DNA from: an uncultured delta proteobacterium
GTDB taxonomy: Bacteria; Desulfobacterota; Desulfobacteria; Desulfobacterales; UBA2156
Reading direction: 5' to 3'
DNA: 64,000 bases
Assembly (NCBI GenBank): GCA_963736855.1
Contig: CAVTQK010000015.1
Coordinates: 192,001-256,000, forward strand
In this document: in pieces, positions 61,265 through 64,000 of the stretch
How the letters are laid out: the number at the start of each line of letters is the position of its first letter
How positions within the stretch are numbered: the stretch's first letter is position 1
Made by a program: the position numbers and the translations under genes
Notes under the pieces: model-generated
Told to the model about the DNA's origin: nothing
The model's database searches: none
The model's input: the letters and a program-made list of their open reading frames with translations, nothing else

Positions 61265-61340
61265 TGGTGGTCCCAACGGGGATCGAACCCGTGTTTCCGG
61301 CGTGAGAGGCCAGCGTCCTGGGCCGCTAGACGATGGGACC
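61265..61340 (-). tRNA. tRNA-Glu (CTC)
   Basis: GGTCCCATCGTCTAGCGGCCCAGGAC...CTCTCAC...GGTTCGATCCC...GGGACCACCA. Confidence 0.95.
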
Positions 61341-61357
61341 CTTAATATATTTTATAA

Positions 61358-61386
61358 AGACTATTGGGAAAGCTGAGATTTGTCAA
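61358..61386 (-). promoter_or_regulatory. sigma70 promoter for tRNA-Glu
   Basis: TTGACA-N17-TAGTCT on the minus strand. Confidence 0.6.
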
Positions 61387-61610
61387 ATACTATTCAAGCC
61401 CCCTCCAGCGCTTGATTTTTTCCCTTTTCTGAATCCGAAAATCAGGTAGACCAGCCAGCCGATGAAAGGGAAAAGGGCGATGACCCCCCACAAGGCCTTT
61501 TTCCCCATGGTTCCGAAGTCCTTGCGGGCCACGTCGAAGACGGCCAGGATGGTTAAAACAAAGAATACGGCGCCGATCTTGATCCAAACCAGGGTCGTTT
61601 CCAAGTCCAT
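61383..61610 (-). CDS. PLDc N-terminal-domain small membrane protein
   Basis: AVFDVARK, KALW..IALFPFIGWLVYLIFG. Confidence 0.8.
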   Translation of the reverse strand: MDLETTLVWIKIGAVFFVLTILAVFDVARKDFGTMGKKALWGVIALFPFIGWLVYLIFGFRKGKKSSAGGGLNSI

Positions 61611-61612
61611 GT

Positions 61613-62506
61613 CTATCCTTTCAACAGCTCACTGATTTTAAGGATCGTATCGACGTAAAATTGGCTTCGGTTGTAGCGGAAAATGACTTTTGAAGCCTTT
61701 TCACGATCAATCCCCGGCCGCCACCCGAAATGTTTCAGATAGCTGGCGATGCTGGCGGCGGCATCGGAGTGGTCGAACAGGTCGATGTGGCCGTCCTGAT
61801 TGCCGTCACTTCCATAGGCAAGGATGCTGGTGGGCATGAACTGGGCGATTCCCAAAGCTCCGGCATAGGAACCGTTTATCTCCGCCGGATCCAGGTTTTC
61901 ACGAGCGGTGTATCGGATGAATGCGGCCAATTCCGCGTATGCCCATTTCGATTTTTTCAAGGCCCAGGATTCAAATTCATCTTTGTTGATGCTGACGCTT
62001 TTGGAGATTTCTTTAAAGAAGGCATCCCGAATGTCCGTATCCGAAAGGGAAGCCAAAGTCGACAGGGTGTTCAGTATGGATCGCTTCCCCACCGAATTCC
62101 CCAGGCGGGTTTCCACGAGCAGGATGGCCGTGATCACGGTCTTATCGACGCCGTAACGCTTCTCCACCGCGTCGAGGGCATCCTCGTGCTCCTGGAGGTA
62201 GCCTTTGGCCATTCGGATGGCCCACCAGGAGGTGAACTGGCCGTAATCCAGTTTGGCTTCCCGGTGCCTGAAAAAGAGGCGGACCATCTCCATGTCCTCT
62301 TTCACCTTTGGGTTTGCATAGATGGATTCGACGCTCTTGGAGTCAAACCCGTCGGCGATCAACTTCTTCTTTAAGGATGAAAAAGGATTTGGGGTATCCG
62401 CGCGCAGGGCAGCAGGAATCATAAGAATCCCGGTGATGACCATCGCAAAAAAGAGCATGGCATTGCGCCTGAGTCGGCTGGATTTGAAGGTGTCAGGGTC
62501 AGTCAT
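61613..62506 (-). CDS. Lytic murein transglycosylase (MltB family)
   Basis: YGVD..VITAILLVETRLG, GSYAGALGIAQFMPTS, DGNQDGHIDL, SIASYL, RYN. Confidence 0.9.
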   Translation of the reverse strand: MTDPDTFKSSRLRRNAMLFFAMVITGILMIPAALRADTPNPFSSLKKKLIADGFDSKSVESIYANPKVKEDMEMVRLFFRHREAKLDYGQFTSWWAIRMAKGYLQEHEDALDAVEKRYGVDKTVITAILLVETRLGNSVGKRSILNTLSTLASLSDTDIRDAFFKEISKSVSINKDEFESWALKKSKWAYAELAAFIRYTARENLDPAEINGSYAGALGIAQFMPTSILAYGSDGNQDGHIDLFDHSDAAASIASYLKHFGWRPGIDREKASKVIFRYNRSQFYVDTILKISELLKG

Positions 62507-63371
62507 GAGTAAAATCGCCTTCAGGATTGCCGGGGTCGATGGTCCCCGATCTCTTTTCTGTTTGCCGTTTTTCAAGGTTCGAGTCGATTAAAATGGAGTA
62601 GGCGACCCGATGATTGAAGCCGGTCAGGGTGGTGTAGCCCGCCTTCAGGACGGCGGCAATCCCTTCGGTTCGATGGCCGCCCACGGATTGCGGTCTGTGG
62701 GCGTCCGAGCTCAAGGTTACAGGAATTCCTTTTTCCCGGCATGTTTTTAAAAGACTTTCGGAAGGATAAATCTCTCCGATGGGATGATCAAGCCCGCTGG
62801 TGTTGACCTCTACGACATATCCTTTATCGCGAATCAAGGAAAGGATTGCATCGATTTCGGAGCTGAAATCCTTTGATGCACGCCTGCCGAATTTCTTGAC
62901 CAGGTCAAGGTGGCAAATCAGGTCGAAGGAGTCGTATCGGCACATCTGGTAAAGGGCATCAAGGTATCGGGCATACAGATCGTCGGAGTCCATGTGGGCA
63001 TAGCCGGCGGCTGCGCCGTGGCTGACGACATCTAAATCGTTCAAAAAGTGAACGGATGAAGCCACCACATCGAAATCGAAGGTGTCGATGATTTTTTGAG
63101 CGATCGTCATGTTGGAAGGGTTGAAATCCACCTCGAGGCCCGCCTTGACTGCAATCTTTTCGGAATACTGATCCTTGAGAGCCTTTACGGCGTTGAAATA
63201 AAGAGGTATTTCTTCAGGGCTCATGGATTTCGGGTCTTTCTCCAGTCGTATCGTCAGGTGATCCAAAAAACAGATCTCCAAAAGCCCCAGTGAAACGGCC
63301 TGTTGGACGCAGGCCTCCATGGACCCTCTGGCATGGTTACAAAGCGGGGTGTGGATATGATAGTCGATCAC
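62499..63371 (-). CDS. PHP-family histidinol-phosphatase (HisJ-like)
   Basis: DYHIHT, DH, GLEVD, SVH, CHLDLVK, EVNTSG, SDAH. Confidence 0.85.
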   Translation of the reverse strand: MIDYHIHTPLCNHARGSMEACVQQAVSLGLLEICFLDHLTIRLEKDPKSMSPEEIPLYFNAVKALKDQYSEKIAVKAGLEVDFNPSNMTIAQKIIDTFDFDVVASSVHFLNDLDVVSHGAAAGYAHMDSDDLYARYLDALYQMCRYDSFDLICHLDLVKKFGRRASKDFSSEIDAILSLIRDKGYVVEVNTSGLDHPIGEIYPSESLLKTCREKGIPVTLSSDAHRPQSVGGHRTEGIAAVLKAGYTTLTGFNHRVAYSILIDSNLEKRQTEKRSGTIDPGNPEGDFTHD

Positions 63372-63399
63372 GGCACTTCTTTATCCGATTCCTTTTCTT

Positions 63400-63577
63400 G
63401 ATGGCAAAGTAAAAAGTCCAATTTCTGCGTTGCGCTTCATCCCGTTGCGATTTCGACGTACGATAAGTACGCCTCATCACACGGGATTCGCGACGCCTTG
63501 AACTTGAACTTTTTACTTTGCCATCTGATTTTTGACTTTTTACGAGTTCATCAATTTTGAGTGTTTACGATTTCATC
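63400..63577. mobile_element. MITE-like element, divergent copy with three stacked right ends
   Basis: GATGGCAAAGTAAAAAGT; right ends finish at 63525, 63552 and 63577; 6-bp direct repeat TTTCTT on both flanks. Confidence 0.85.
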
Positions 63578-63660
63578 TTTCTTGATGCCGTTTTTTTGGC
63601 ATGATATGGATACTTTTGTCAAATGGGATCGGTTGTCGATATCATCATAAACAGGATTCG

Positions 63661-64000
63661 ATGAAGAAATCCGAAAAAACGGTTTTTGTTTGTCAGTCGT
63701 GCGGGCACCAGACCCTGAAATGGATGGGCAAGTGTCCGGAGTGCGGCCAGTGGGATGCCTTTATCGAGGAGATTCAACATCGCCGGTCGGTCTCCCGCGG
63801 AGACATTCCCGCATTTCAATCGGAGCCGGTTGCCATCGATTCCGTCTCCAGCGAGGACGTGGAGAGGTTTTCGACTCGCATGGCCGAGTTCGACCGGGTC
63901 CTCGGGGGTGGGCTGGTTCCCGGCAGCCTGGTGCTCATCGGCGGTGATCCGGGAATCGGTAAATCGACCCTCATGCTGCAGGCCCTTTTCGGGCTGGCCG
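63661..64000 (+). CDS. radA: DNA repair protein RadA/Sms, 5' part (runs off the window)
   Basis: FVCQSCG...KWMGKCPECGQW, EFDRVLGGGLVPGS, GDPGIGKSTL. Confidence 0.95.
   Translation, partial: MKKSEKTVFVCQSCGHQTLKWMGKCPECGQWDAFIEEIQHRRSVSRGDIPAFQSEPVAIDSVSSEDVERFSTRMAEFDRVLGGGLVPGSLVLIGGDPGIGKSTLMLQALFGLA

Noticed and set aside
63500..63577. Periodic ~26-bp repeats considered as a CRISPR array
   Set aside because: No unique spacers and no cas genes; they are stacked MITE ends.

Overview
Bacterial chromosomal window, most likely from an anaerobic Desulfobacterota (deltaproteobacterial) genome. This is inferred from gene content: PFOR, class I fumarase, GTP-PEPCK, CooC/RACo Wood-Ljungdahl accessory factors, HypE and cytochrome bd. 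Most of the window is housekeeping or metabolic: an RND efflux operon, rrf2-cydAB, an 8-gene cooC-HDAC-acuB-prmA-like-MBL-sirtuin-RACo-spmAB operon, hypE-apbE-rimO-ispB-pgsA, corA, mltB, a hisJ-like gene, radA and three tRNAs. Highlights: (1) An M6/immune-inhibitor-A-like metzincin lipoprotein (46553-47819) has an in-frame UGA at the position of the third Zn ligand, followed by a SECIS-like hairpin, so it is a candidate new selenoprotein. (2) An integrase-less integron cassette array (about 54145-60311) lies downstream of tRNA-Glu. It has seven cassettes, including a TA pair and a decayed HsdR_N-nuclease/P-loop NTPase, and 4 of its 5 complete attC sites are mutated in the conserved triplets. 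(3) A MITE-like family (5 copies plus 1 solo end) has 6-7 bp target duplications and stacked right ends. (4) Other candidates are a stand-alone NrdD glycyl-radical C-terminal protein, a divergent RelA/SpoT-like protein, and a formyltransferase paired with a Tyr-less deacylase. All family assignments come from motif recognition by eye; no database searches were run.
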